A DNA stretch of 64,000 bases from Marsupella aquatica (Eukaryota; Plantae; Marchantiophyta): the NCBI GenBank assembly GCA_973895155.1, contig OZ316898.1, positions 10,010,286-10,074,285 of the forward strand, written 5' to 3'. Below, in pieces: positions 27,067-38,144 of the stretch. How positions within the stretch are numbered: the stretch's first letter is position 1; each line of letters opens with the position of its first letter. The position numbers and the translations under genes were made by a program. The notes below the pieces were generated by a model, which had not been told where the DNA came from, made no database searches, and was given only the letters and a program-made list of their open reading frames with translations.

Positions 27067-30000
27067 CGGAACGGCGTCTATCAGGCTAGTTTTTGCGTGG
27101 CTTTCTGCAATTCTATCGATTAGCGCCTGTGAGCAGCGGCGTGACTGCTGTAGAGTCAAAGCATTCCCATCTGTCCGCCTGCACGCGTGTGTTGACTACG
27201 AAACGGAAGCAGGATTGAGAAGCAGCGAAGCGCGAAAAGCGTATTGAGGTTTTTCTCTTCACTGGTCTGATGACGGTGCATTTTTGCGAGAGACGGACAG
27301 CGAGGGGAGGCTGTGGCACGATGTAGTTTGTGTATAGTCTGGCTGAAAGGAGTTTGTGGGGGAAGCTCCGGTCACCACCTGCTTTTGCTTCAGCTCCCTC
27401 CTGCGTGTACTGTAATCCATGTAAATCCGACCATGAAATTGTAATGATTATGACACGCTTTGTAATGATTTCGACTTCTGTCTTCACTGTCCACTCCACT
27501 AGTGTTCTTAGGGTTACATATTTCACGAGAGGAACAGGTTTACAAGAGTTGTATCCACCTGCACTATTTAGCTGGGGCTGGGTGGAGGAAAATTGCAAAA
27601 TTTTAACGCAGCGCGGCAAATGGCGAAAATTTGGATGATGAATGCTTCGATTCATTTGAAGATGGACTTCCATCCAGAGCTTTTATTTTTGATGGTTTAC
27701 AGGGGCTTTCGGTGATGGTGACTTCGGTGCTTCTCTGAGGAGGGTCTCGTTTTCTTTGGATGGAGAGATTCAACTCGTTGTGAAGATCTTGATAGCTGTT
27801 TTTGAGGTTCATCCCAGATCTTCTCAGTAGTGTGTAGTCGGTTTGGAATTGTCAAGTTGAGTTAGCTGTGGCTACTCTTACTATTTCACTCGTTGGGATT
27901 TAGGAGACCTCTGTCGTAGAGGGTTCTTCGAAGTTGGTTCTTAGGAGGCAAAATGAAAATCTATCTGAGTTGTAGAACTGCAGTGGATGGTTCACTGTCC
28001 TACAAATCTGCCTAAGCTCCTGAAGTAAGAATTACCCCTACGGCAGTATTGTTTCAAAATTTCTGGAAGTTATTAGGTCAGTGACGGCAGTGAGTGCAAA
28101 TTTTTCAGTGCAAAGATTATTGTGAGTGATGGCCAGGAGAATTCGAAAGTGAATTGGCTTGGGTCCCCATATCAAGCGTAACAGTAATTCTGTTTGTCTC
28201 AAGTTTCTGTCATGAATACCGTCCTCATGGGGATGTATCTGACTGCAAAATGAGCAGACCGGCAGCTGAAAGGTAGAGTATGGGACCCCAAGTTTTATGA
28301 TGAGATTACGGGCTGGAGAAGTACGCGTCACCACGACTCTCTCACGTCATTAACATTGAGCTAGACGTCGCGTTACTGACACGAGTATCCGGTTTTGTCG
28401 AGGGGATTAGAATCTCCACTCTTTAGACTGTTTCTATTTTATTTAGCTGTCTCAATTACGGCACTTGCAACCCCTCTGCACTCTCTTCGTCGTATGTCAA
28501 GTAAGATATGGTGCACGGTTTGAACTAAGGAGTAGAATAGGAAAACCGTAGACTCCTCTCGAAATGTCTAGTGAATTTGAGGAAGCGAGGATTTTTATTT
28601 TTGTTATGTTTCGTTCTCAATTTCTTGGCTGCACAAGCTTTCGCGTGCTGGTGGTCTTTTCGGAAGGGGAATGTGGACATCCGAGTTCCCTGCAGCAATT
28701 GGTCAGTGTTTTCGTTTAAATATGCCCTGTTGGGAGTGTCCATGCGGTGAACAGTTTCCCTTAGTGCGTCAGCTGGAATCACCTTTGGAACACGTTGGGT
28801 ATGTGCGGTCCTTGTTATGAGATTTGAGGATGGACATGCAATGATTCTTGGTTATTAGCTCATGAGACTGCGAGTAAGGTTGCAGATAGGCCCGCTCAAT
28901 CTGATAAGGTAGGAGTGAGGCAAAATGGCTCTTATGCGTTTTTATGAATGGAAACCTCAAGGCCCCCAGCTGGCCTATTCTGTAATTCGTTATATAGTCA
29001 CTATTCTAGTCTACAGGTAAGCCACTCAGGGTCATGACAACGTTTGAAATGGAGACCAGTGGTTGGAGAATCAGATGTGGAACAGTTGAGATACTCATGA
29101 ACTGGGGAAAATGGCTGTATTCTCTCATTGAGTTTGTCTACTGAAATAAATCTTTAACAACGCACAGCATATTGGTCTGCTCTTGTTCTGCAGCTTCTTC
29201 CCCGCAAGTAGATTCTGTCCCAGAAGTTTTGAAAGCGACTTCCTCGAGTTTCTTGTCCCCTTCCAGTTGTCACTCTTCCGAGTTGTCACTCTTAGTTGTG
29301 CAACCAGTGCATGTTTATGAAGCTCAAAACTCTTCTTGCGATGTCGATGATATCATTCAAACGGTCTCGCTAGGATTCCCGTGTTGGCAGGCCCTTTTGG
29401 ACAACTTATCGGCCCTTATGAAATGCTATTCCAAGTAGGAAAAGACCAACTCAAATGCTTCAGGAGCACATTATCACTTGTAGAGACGAGTTTGGTGCAA
29501 AGTGTGGTGCAGCATATCATCACTTGTGCAGAGATGAGTTTGGTGCTAAGTGTGGTGCAGCATATCATCACCTGTATGCTCAATAACATCAGGATGAGAA
29601 CGCACTGCAAGGAGTGTATTGTGGTTTGTCGCATGCATAGCAGGTCGCAGGGCGATATCATACCCAAACCACTAGTTCGTGCATTAAAATGCTTAAACTA
29701 GTGAGTTGAAAAATTGAGATGGGATTTTTTTCCACATTGAGGGGGGTGGGGTTGTTCACAGATTAAATCTCGGAATTCTGGAATTCTGTCGTGTGAAGTC
29801 TCCTCTGTACATGTAGGAAGTCATTTGCGAAATTGAGTGTTGGGAATCTGAGTTGGCAAATGACTTCCTACATGTACAATGCTCACTGGCGGGGAATTCA
29901 TACCATCGAAGAAACGAAAGGTGGAGAACAAGGAATTTGAGGAGTCAGAAAGTATGCAAAATGTCACAAGAAACGGAACAGAACGCCCAAACTTATGAAT

Positions 30001-30445
30001 TGAATTACTAGCGGCAAAACCTTGAGGTTGACCACTCAACCGATGATGCAACGGATGGCTGGAATGACATCTACAAACGGAACCAAACAGTGAGCCTCAT
30101 GACAACACCATAGCAAAAATTGGTGGTGAGCCAATGACACCACTAAGTTCGGGTGACCAACTGAAATCGAATTCTGTTTCCAGGGTCGAGAAGTTACTCT
30201 GTAAGAACAAAGGGCCTCATTGACACAAAAACTACGGCACTAGTCCAGATCGGCACTTTGTCTTTCGTCGTAGAGACAATAAATCTTACATTTGGACGCA
30301 CTTTCTTCAAAATCTATTACTAAGATTCTACAAATCAGACGATCCATCAATGAGACAACTCTGTTTTCATAATACTCGGCCCAACACATCTGGAAGGCAG
30401 TTTGCGGACGGATTAAAAGAGAGTCCTCTCCTTCGACGAGGCAAC

Positions 30446-30754
30446 TCAGTTCTGATGATTCTCAACACAAATCTGGAGGCGGTTTTGTGCAATTTGACAC
30501 TGCTTCCGCTTCTGGCTATTACCTTGACTAGAACAATGATACTGCACTGAATCTACCTCGTCTGGACAGATGCATGACAGCAAGCACAGCGCTGCGGCAT
30601 GATTTGAATGCTTGCACATCATCCCCCTCTCGGGCTCCTTTCGATACTTCCGATAGCAGTCCTCCAACGCAAATATCTTCGCTCGGCACCGGCGCTTCCT
30701 GTTCTCATCAATTGTCAATGAACCTACAAGCCGCTCGTCACCAATCACGCTCAT
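30446..30754 (-). CDS. Small CX9C/CHCH-type protein (102 aa), probably mitochondrial intermembrane space
   Basis: Four Cys pairs: CRAKIFALEDC (x9), CKHSNHAAALC (x9), CPDEVDSVQYHC (x10), CQIAQNRLQIC (x9). Resembles a conserved small plant family ending ...CSS.G...KR.QC..AQ..L..C...HQ. Confidence 0.75.
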   Translation of the reverse strand: MSVIGDERLVGSLTIDENRKRRCRAKIFALEDCYRKYRKEPERGMMCKHSNHAAALCLLSCICPDEVDSVQYHCSSQGNSQKRKQCQIAQNRLQICVENHQN

Positions 30755-31187
30755 CTAGCTCAACCCTACTGTAGGCAGCCGAGAACGTGCCAAGCACCGA
30801 GAGTATAAATTCAAGCTCTGTGATAATCTCTCCAGTACGTGATCGGTAGAAACAATCAAAGGAAGAAACTCGAAAAAATGCGGCAGAATCGATTTTCCAA
30901 GAGTGGCTCACAAGATAACAATCAATCAATCAAATGAGATGGGAAGGCAGACGATGCCGAATTCGAAGTCATTGACAATCCCAGATTCCAATAAGCCCTA
31001 AACTGAATGGAGCCAAATATATGCCATCCGTACTAAATTCACGACATATCTTTCTTCGCTTGATACATAGCCAGCGCTCACACCGGAAGCTTGCCCTGAC
31101 TGCATGCACGGAGGCACAAGCAAACCAGCTGACATGAAATTCTTCCTCCCAGACCGCCAATAAATCCCGCCCTTGTCGCTTGCCTAT

Positions 31188-31402
31188 ATTAAGCACGAAA
31201 GACAATCTCGAGTACAATCAATGCCCCTAATTGTGCTAATCCGGGCAGGGAACCCTTCGGGCAGTTTTTGCTGCCACGTTGCCCTTTCAGGACCGGCCCA
31301 GGTCTTGCACACCAGGCCAGCAGGTCCCGCTCGCCTTGGCGCCCTCCACCCTACAAATGCCCTCCGCCAGCCCTCCGTCCGCCCTTCACCCGTCCATCAA
31401 CC
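31188..31402 (+). repeat. Left terminal inverted repeat of MULE-like element
   Basis: Reverse complement of 35742-35956; begins ATTAAGCACGAAAGACAATCTCGAG. Confidence 0.92.
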
Positions 31403-31949
31403 GCAGGGAAAGTTTTATGACCAACTCCATGCCAAAATGCCAAATGATGAACCCCAGAGTTAAGAGGAATGTGTCTCCCACTCTCCCCTTGAATCTCACA
31501 TTTGTGAGGGTTGGACGATTTGGTGGGTACGCTGTCACAAGCTCTTGAAGAGCTTTTAATCCTTGGAAGGTAGGGTCATTCTTGAAAGGTCTTTGTAGGG
31601 CATTTTTCAGAAAGTAGAACAATGGCTTCTCATTAGAATCCTTAATGATAATATCTTCACCATGCCACATTGGTAGATCAACAATGGAAAAGAATTGATG
31701 CTTTTGTTGAATCAAGTCTTCAACAGTGGTGTCGATTTTGTTTACCTGAAATTTTCCCAATAAAAACCTGAAAATCTTCCAAAACCTTGGATTCTGCTCC
31801 CATTCATAAGTTGCAGATGTTTTAGGTCGTCTAGAACCTAATCCTTCACTTTTCTCAAAGTCTTCATCTCGCTTCCTCTTTCCAGGTTGCCCTGAAAAAT
31901 AATCCACATTCTTTCGATCTTCTTTTACTTCTTTCTGTTTTGGTTTCAT
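31386..31949 (-). CDS. Unknown 187-aa cargo ORF inside the MULE, running into the left TIR (probably a truncated fragment)
   Basis: Open frame with ATG, a basic NLS-like KRKR and a globular-looking C-terminal half. The last codons lie within the TIR. Confidence 0.4.
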   Translation of the reverse strand: MKPKQKEVKEDRKNVDYFSGQPGKRKRDEDFEKSEGLGSRRPKTSATYEWEQNPRFWKIFRFLLGKFQVNKIDTTVEDLIQQKHQFFSIVDLPMWHGEDIIIKDSNEKPLFYFLKNALQRPFKNDPTFQGLKALQELVTAYPPNRPTLTNVRFKGRVGDTFLLTLGFIIWHFGMELVIKLSLRLMDG

Positions 31950-32544
31950 TTTTTTTAAATACTTGGTCCTGGTTGAGATGTACAGTTATACTCCCCTCAA
32001 CTAGAATGTTAACGCAGTTACGTACACAGGTGACCAAGTATTTTAAAAAAACTGCAAAGAGAGAATTGAAGTAAACAAAGATTTTGATTGTCCTTATGCA
32101 GATTGGACCACGGTAATCTATTTAGAACTCTGCAAAGATAAGTGAAAAAGAAAGGTTTTGTCAAAGAACAGATCACATAGCACATAGACCAAAATCTATT
32201 GACAATTCTGCAAATCTATGTAGATTTTTGCACAGGCAACTGAAAAGGAAAGTTTTCGTAAAAGAACAGATCACAGAGTCACTCCAACCAAAAGATTGTT
32301 CGCCGTCAGTCTTTGCATAAGAAATGTGCATTACACTCAGTAGAGTAAACTGAAAAGCAAATTTTTGTAAAAAAACAGATCAAAGAGTCACGGCCACCAA
32401 AAAAATTTGTCCAGATGCATATAAAATTGCATTAAACTCTGTAAAGTGCCAGACTGTGTACAATATTGGACTTTGCATGAAAGAATGAATGAAAATTAGA
32501 GAAAGAAATGAATGAAAGACAAGAAACTAACAAACTTTCTTGGG

Positions 32545-34440
32545 AACCGATAGTTGATACTCTTTATTGAGACATATACACACTTTTTATATACAAAGGG
32601 ACCAAACAGAGTACAAAAGAACAAACAAAAGAGGGCCCAAGTGGACAAAACCAAACGAAAAAGAAATGAGCAAAAGGGAACCACTAAACACCAAGAAAGA
32701 GGAACTAAAAGTAAGAAATGAGCAATAGGGAACCCCTAAAAACCAGGAAAGAGAGACTAAAACTAACCCAAGCGGACCGAGGTCCTCATCATTCCTAGCG
32801 AATGTGGCAAAAAGCTAATGGTCCACATCAAGGGTCAAAACTAGATCGGCAAGGGGGATTGGAACATCCTCTAGGGGAGCTAGCCGTTGCGGAGGCACAC
32901 TAGCACCCACTGTAAGAGATCAACGATAGATGGCCCGAGCTTGAGCACGCTGTAAGGTGACTGAAATGCATTGGCGAAAGTGCGTGGTCAAAACAGAAAG
33001 CGGGGGTCCAGAGGGACCCATTTGGCCATGAACATCCCGGGCAGCTTGCCGAAGAAGCCCATCAAACTGAGGATGAAGACGCCCAAATAGCTCCAGAGCA
33101 AGGAGGAGGAAGCTATCGGATGAAGCTCGTGCAGCATATTTGGCCTCCTTCGTTGTTGCCGCACGTGACGCTGCTGCCCTTGCCGTAGTTGCCGCTGTCC
33201 CGATGATGTCTTGGCGCAATGGGTTGGCCACCACTACATCTGCCAAAGTACGTTGACCCTCACAGACCATGATAAGATCCACCCGTAACCGCTGTGATGG
33301 AGGACCAGGTAACTCGAGTACCACCTCCCGCCGCACGCATACCAAAGAGCCAGAGAGAACCTGAGCAGTCGCATCGCGCACAGCGTCGTGAACAATAATG
33401 GTTTCACCTCCCAAACTGCACCGAAGAAGATGGACACCTGTGGCATCACAAGGCTTCCCACAAGTGCAAGAAGGAGGTAAACCTGCAAGAAGTGGGTGGG
33501 CAGCCCCATACGAAGACGCATGGCTGTGGAGAACTCCGTTGAAGACATCCGCAAATGAGGAATGACTGGATTGGCTTGAAGCCATCCTCCTGCGCCCTTC
33601 CCTCCGGAAGAAAGAATCCGAGCTCGGTCCATGTCAGGTGCCTCAGAGAGGATGCTGGAAAGGGTGAAAACGTGCATACGCCCAGCGAGGTCTGCCTGAA
33701 GATGAACGGGATCCAAGGATAAAAACTCCTGAAAAGAAGGTAACGCGGCGCAAACGGGATCTGGTAATGATGACCGCGCTGCGCGCAAATGAACCTAAAA
33801 CGGGAGGGAACCCTCCTCTATCTCCATGAGAGATGAAAGTAAAAAAGGGCGATCCTCAATAAGAAAATGATCGGCCAACAATGAGAAGGCGGCCGCCCAC
33901 GCACCCAAAAAGGCCAAAGGTGCAAGGCTCTCAATGGAAGTAAGCCCAAAACCACCCTGCAAAATAGGAAGACCGAGTTGTCGATGAAGCCACGGAGATG
34001 AGAGCAACGTACCCGGCCCTAAAAGAGAGGCCAGAGTCTGACAAATGGAGACATCAAATGCTCGAAGGTGGAGACAAAGATCCTCGGTAGGGGGATGCGT
34101 CCTAGCCAGATAAGACGCAGGAGGGTGGATGCACCTCAACAACATCCCAAATGCTGCCTGAGAATCTGCTAACTTAGGGAGCATAGGAGTAGGGGCTAAG
34201 GCAGCCTGTAGAGAGTCAGCGATGAAAGATGAGCAAAAGGAGGCGATACCGACTGGGGAGCCAAGGACCCGAAGACCATCGGCTGGACGTAAGAACCCTG
34301 GGGGAAGCGCAAGATCAGAGGGTAACCCAGCTGGACTCCATGCACGACTCTTCACAGGCTGAACTCGTAAACCAAGGCCCATCAAATGGGTGGAAAGAGT
34401 GGCGAGGGCAGCAGTAACCGCGGCAGGAGGACCACTTAGA
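32545..34440 (-). mobile_element. 5'-truncated, disrupted CRE-like non-LTR retrotransposon (RT C-terminus, zinc knuckle, restriction-like endonuclease)
   Basis: Consecutive broken frames 34385-33795, 33788-33234 and 33585-32920 encode GLRVQPVKS, GLRVLGSPVG, QLGLPILQGGFGL, ARILSSGGKGAGGWL, AMRLRMGLP, CTCG...HLLRC...HDAVRD, RVDL...DVVVANP, KEAKY, LALELFG and ISVTLQRAQARAI. These are followed by a T-rich 3' UTR. Boundaries are approximate. Confidence 0.85.
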
Positions 34441-35741
34441 GCACAAAAGAAAACTTCTTGGAATAAGCAATATAAGTACCTTGTGAAATGGATTCTGAAT
34501 TGTTTCCTTCACGCTTTCACTTGCTGGCTGTTTGGAATCTAGCTTCTCAATAGCCATAGCTATAGATGTCGGCCCCACTGTATTCCAAGCAATATCCTTG
34601 TTGCTTTAATTTGATTCTCTTCCAGATCTATTACGTCGGTAGTCCTCTCCAATCTGCTAAGTCCTTATGAATCTGCTTAGTCCTCTCTAACTTTGCTGAA
34701 CCTTAGAGATGCTAAAAATTTCCAATCCCCGTAGCCATAGTGTCTCACATGGCCCCACTCTAGTCCAAATCATCTAGATGTTGGTGCCTCTTCCAATCCC
34801 CTTAGCCTTTCGACATCGGCTCAATCCAGTCCAATCTACTCAGCCCTTATGAATCTGCTAATTTTCTTGCTCAGCTATCGGGTGGATATGCTCAACACTT
34901 TTCTTTGTCCCCTTCCACACCTAAAAAGACTCAACTAGCTCCCACTGTCCCCAACAAAACCAGACTGGAAAACCAAGCACAGCCCTTCACTCCTAAATCT
35001 TTTTGGCCCCTTCCTATCCAACATGAAAAGGAGCAACCCTAAACTCCTTTCCCCATTACGGGGTGGATGAGTGGGAGTCCTGAGAATTTTCTCTTCAATA
35101 GGTTTAAGCTTTGAAGTAACTTAGCTGGGAAGATAAGGTTGGGATTGAATTTTTCTGACCTCCCCTTAACATATCTTATAGAATAGAATCCCATTATCAT
35201 TTATCAATATGATATTTTTAAGTGACTCTCATTAAACTTGAATTGTGTCTTATTAAGGGCTACTCTTTTGTAATTCAAGTGAATTTGAATTCTATTATAC
35301 CCTTGAGTTTTTCTGATTAATTAAGTAGGTACTCATTTTATTCCCGTATAAATTTCTCCCTATCCAAATTCTTTTTTGGCTATTTATGAGGCCCACACTC
35401 AATTGAGCCCACGAATGCATCCCCATATCTTAACCACTATCCTATGAAAAAAAATCATTGTAGCACTTAAATCCTTTGTATATCCATATTTGTCTGCCAT
35501 TTGAGAGCAATTTTGAAACTATATCAGGCCTATATTACCTCTTAGGATTTGTATATCTATATTTGCCCGCCATTTGAGCGCAATTTTGAAAGCGTACCAG
35601 GCCTATGTTACCTCATAGGATGTAGAGAATGAATGTATCGAACGACATACTAAATACATTGACAGGCGGATTCGGCCGACGAGGTTGTGCAACGGGCTTG
35701 ATGCGATGGCTTCCCAACGGGGGTGTTGTGGGACCCATTAT

Positions 35742-35956
35742 GGTTGACGGACGGGTGAAGGGCGGATGGAGGGCTGGCGGAGGGCATTTGTAGGGTGGAG
35801 GGCGCCAAGGTGAGCGGGACCTGCTTGCCTGGTGTGCAGGACCTGGGCCGGTCCTGAAAGGGCAACTTGGCAGCAAAAACTGCCAGAAGGGTTCCCTGCC
35901 CGGATTAGTACGATTAGGGGCATTGATTGTCCTCGAGATTGTCTTTCGTGCTTAAT
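35742..35956 (-). repeat. Right terminal inverted repeat of MULE-like element
   Basis: Reverse complement of 31188-31402. Confidence 0.92.
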
Positions 35957-36635
35957 CTTGCCTATCGGGTGCGTTGAGCCACCATTGATTGCTTGGCGAC
36001 CTCGACTTAATTCTACAGATTCGAATCAAGTCACCACTCCCAATGAAAATCAAAATTACTATGTAATCTAACAGCTATAATATTCAATTCTGCTCTTTCT
36101 TTGTCAGAATGGGTTTATAAAATGTGTTTGTGATAAGACTCTTTGGTATTTGATTATGGTGACATTTTACCACGAGATGTATCTAAAGGTACCACCATGC
36201 ACCTTTTCCTCACCCATCCCATCCCCTTTCCACGCAGCTCACACACTCCTTTCCACCCCTAACCCATCACTTTCCGGGCAGCTTACACACTCCTTGAAAT
36301 CCACTTGCTGTGGACTTTCAGCCCCTAACCCATCACTTTCCAGGCAGCTTGCACACTCGTTGAAATACACTTGCTGTGGACTGCATATTGTGCTTTAGTT
36401 CTTTTGGGGCTGTAAGGGATTCATGGGTTTGCAAGGAGAATCCCTGCAATTGCATCTATTGCATTGGGACTGTCTGCTGCCCATCCACTGCCCACACGAA
36501 TGGAAGTCATGCCATATTTTTAAGTGTCAAGAGCTTGTCTGAACCCCACTTTTGGGTGGGGTTGGCTACAAAAGGGAAGCAGCTCTAAGACGACACAAAG
36601 TCATAACCTTGGCCTTCCCACTCAGATGACCAACC

Positions 36636-36963
36636 ACTTACCCAAAGCCTGTTAAACAAAACAGTGATTTCATTGCTAGCATTTCTATCTATATCAGCCC
36701 TCTACTACTTACCCAAAGCACATTAGACCAAAAGAGTGATCACATTGCTAATATTTGTTAGACCAAAAGATTTCATTGCTAGTATTTCTATCTATATCAG
36801 CCCTCTGTTACTTACCCAAAGCCCATCAGTCCAAAAGAGTGATCACATTGCTAATATTTGTTAGACCAAAAAAATGATCACATTGCTAGTATTTGTTAGA
36901 CCAAAAGAGTGATCACATTGCTAGTATTTGTTAGACCAAAAGAGTGATCAAATCCCTAATATT
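36636..36963. repeat. Minisatellite with unit of about 35 bp
   Basis: ttagaccaaaagagtgatcacattgcta.tatttg occurs about 6 times, interleaved with a second repeated module. Confidence 0.85.
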
Positions 36964-38144
36964 AATATGGTATCATGTCCCTTTGCTAGTATTTATGTTT
37001 TATCCTATCATGTGCTCAGGGCTCAAGCAGCCTGTCATTATGGCACTTCCAAGGATTCATCATCCCAAGGTGTTCTATGTTGCAAGCAAACAGGAGATTT
37101 TGATAGCAAGGAATGTTAGTAGCCATACACCAATGGTTTCAAATTTCATTTGCTTTTGGTGTCTTTTATATTTTATGCATTTTTGTAGTGACTCCAGATG
37201 GCTAGCAAGCTCACTAGCAAAAAGGGGAGTCCCCAAAAGGGATGTTATCAACCAGGTAGTTGATAGAGAGGCATTTGGATGTAGAAAATAGGGGTCATGC
37301 AAGAATGCTTTTTCTCATGCAAGGAAAAAATTTACTGTTTGCTGCACGTTACAATCATCCCATCATCCCCAATTTGGCTCTTTGGTCTTCTTGCTTAGTA
37401 GGGTTTTACTGTAGTTCTTTTGCACTTGCAGGGGAATCTTTGGCTTTTTTGGTCTTCCTGGGTGTTTCGGCACACGGGTACTTATCTGACAAACTATTTA
37501 AGTCGCAGGATTTTCTAATGCCTCCTCTCTCTTCAAACACACACTCATCTAACTTGTATAAACTATTTTAGACACAGACTTGGCTAATGCCTCCTCACTG
37601 TTCAGCCACACGGATACTCTGGTGTCCTCACTCCTCAAACCAGGTCTAGTCGCCAAAGGTTTCAGAAAATTGCAGCTTACATTATTATATAATAAGTAAT
37701 AATACATCGCCGACGGAGCTAAGACAATCTACAACGCTCCAGCAGTATTGCCCGACGAGACTCTTTTCCAAAATCTAAGTCCAGATCTCTTTGAGTTCAG
37801 AGTCAACACGACGTTGATGGAACGTCAACTGGGGGCAGTCGGATTACGAGCAGTTTTTACACCTAATTAAGGGAAATCCAAGGTATGGTACAGTGCCTCC
37901 TGGATCGCATCAAGAAAATGGGTGCCTCGAGGCCTATTCCTGGACAATGATCCTTCCTGCATCTGCACATCGACAACAACGGTTGGCATTAACAGCATTT
38001 AAGATTAAAATCCACACTTTTTTCTTTCCCTCTCTAACATCTGACATACGTCACGAAAGTTGATTGAATAGCCAAGCTCCCAAACCACGACACTGCAAAG
38101 CAATTATTACCAACGAATGGCGAAGCTTGGAAACACCTTCAGTG

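Larger units (their letters stand above)
31188..35956. mobile_element. Non-autonomous Mutator-like (MULE) DNA transposon, 4769 bp
   Basis: Inverted repeats 31188-31402 and 35742-35956 (215 bp, about 10 mismatches by eye). Flanked by the exact 9-bp direct repeat CTTGCCTAT at 31179-31187 and 35957-35965. No transposase seen inside. Confidence 0.9.

Noticed and set aside
31173-31548. ORFs matching those at 35613-35923
   Set aside because: They are translations of the two TIRs, not duplicated genes.
36636-36963. 35-bp repeat array resembling CRISPR
   Set aside because: Units are mostly head-to-tail, the intervening modules are themselves repeated, there are no unique spacers or cas genes, and the context is eukaryotic. 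It is a minisatellite.
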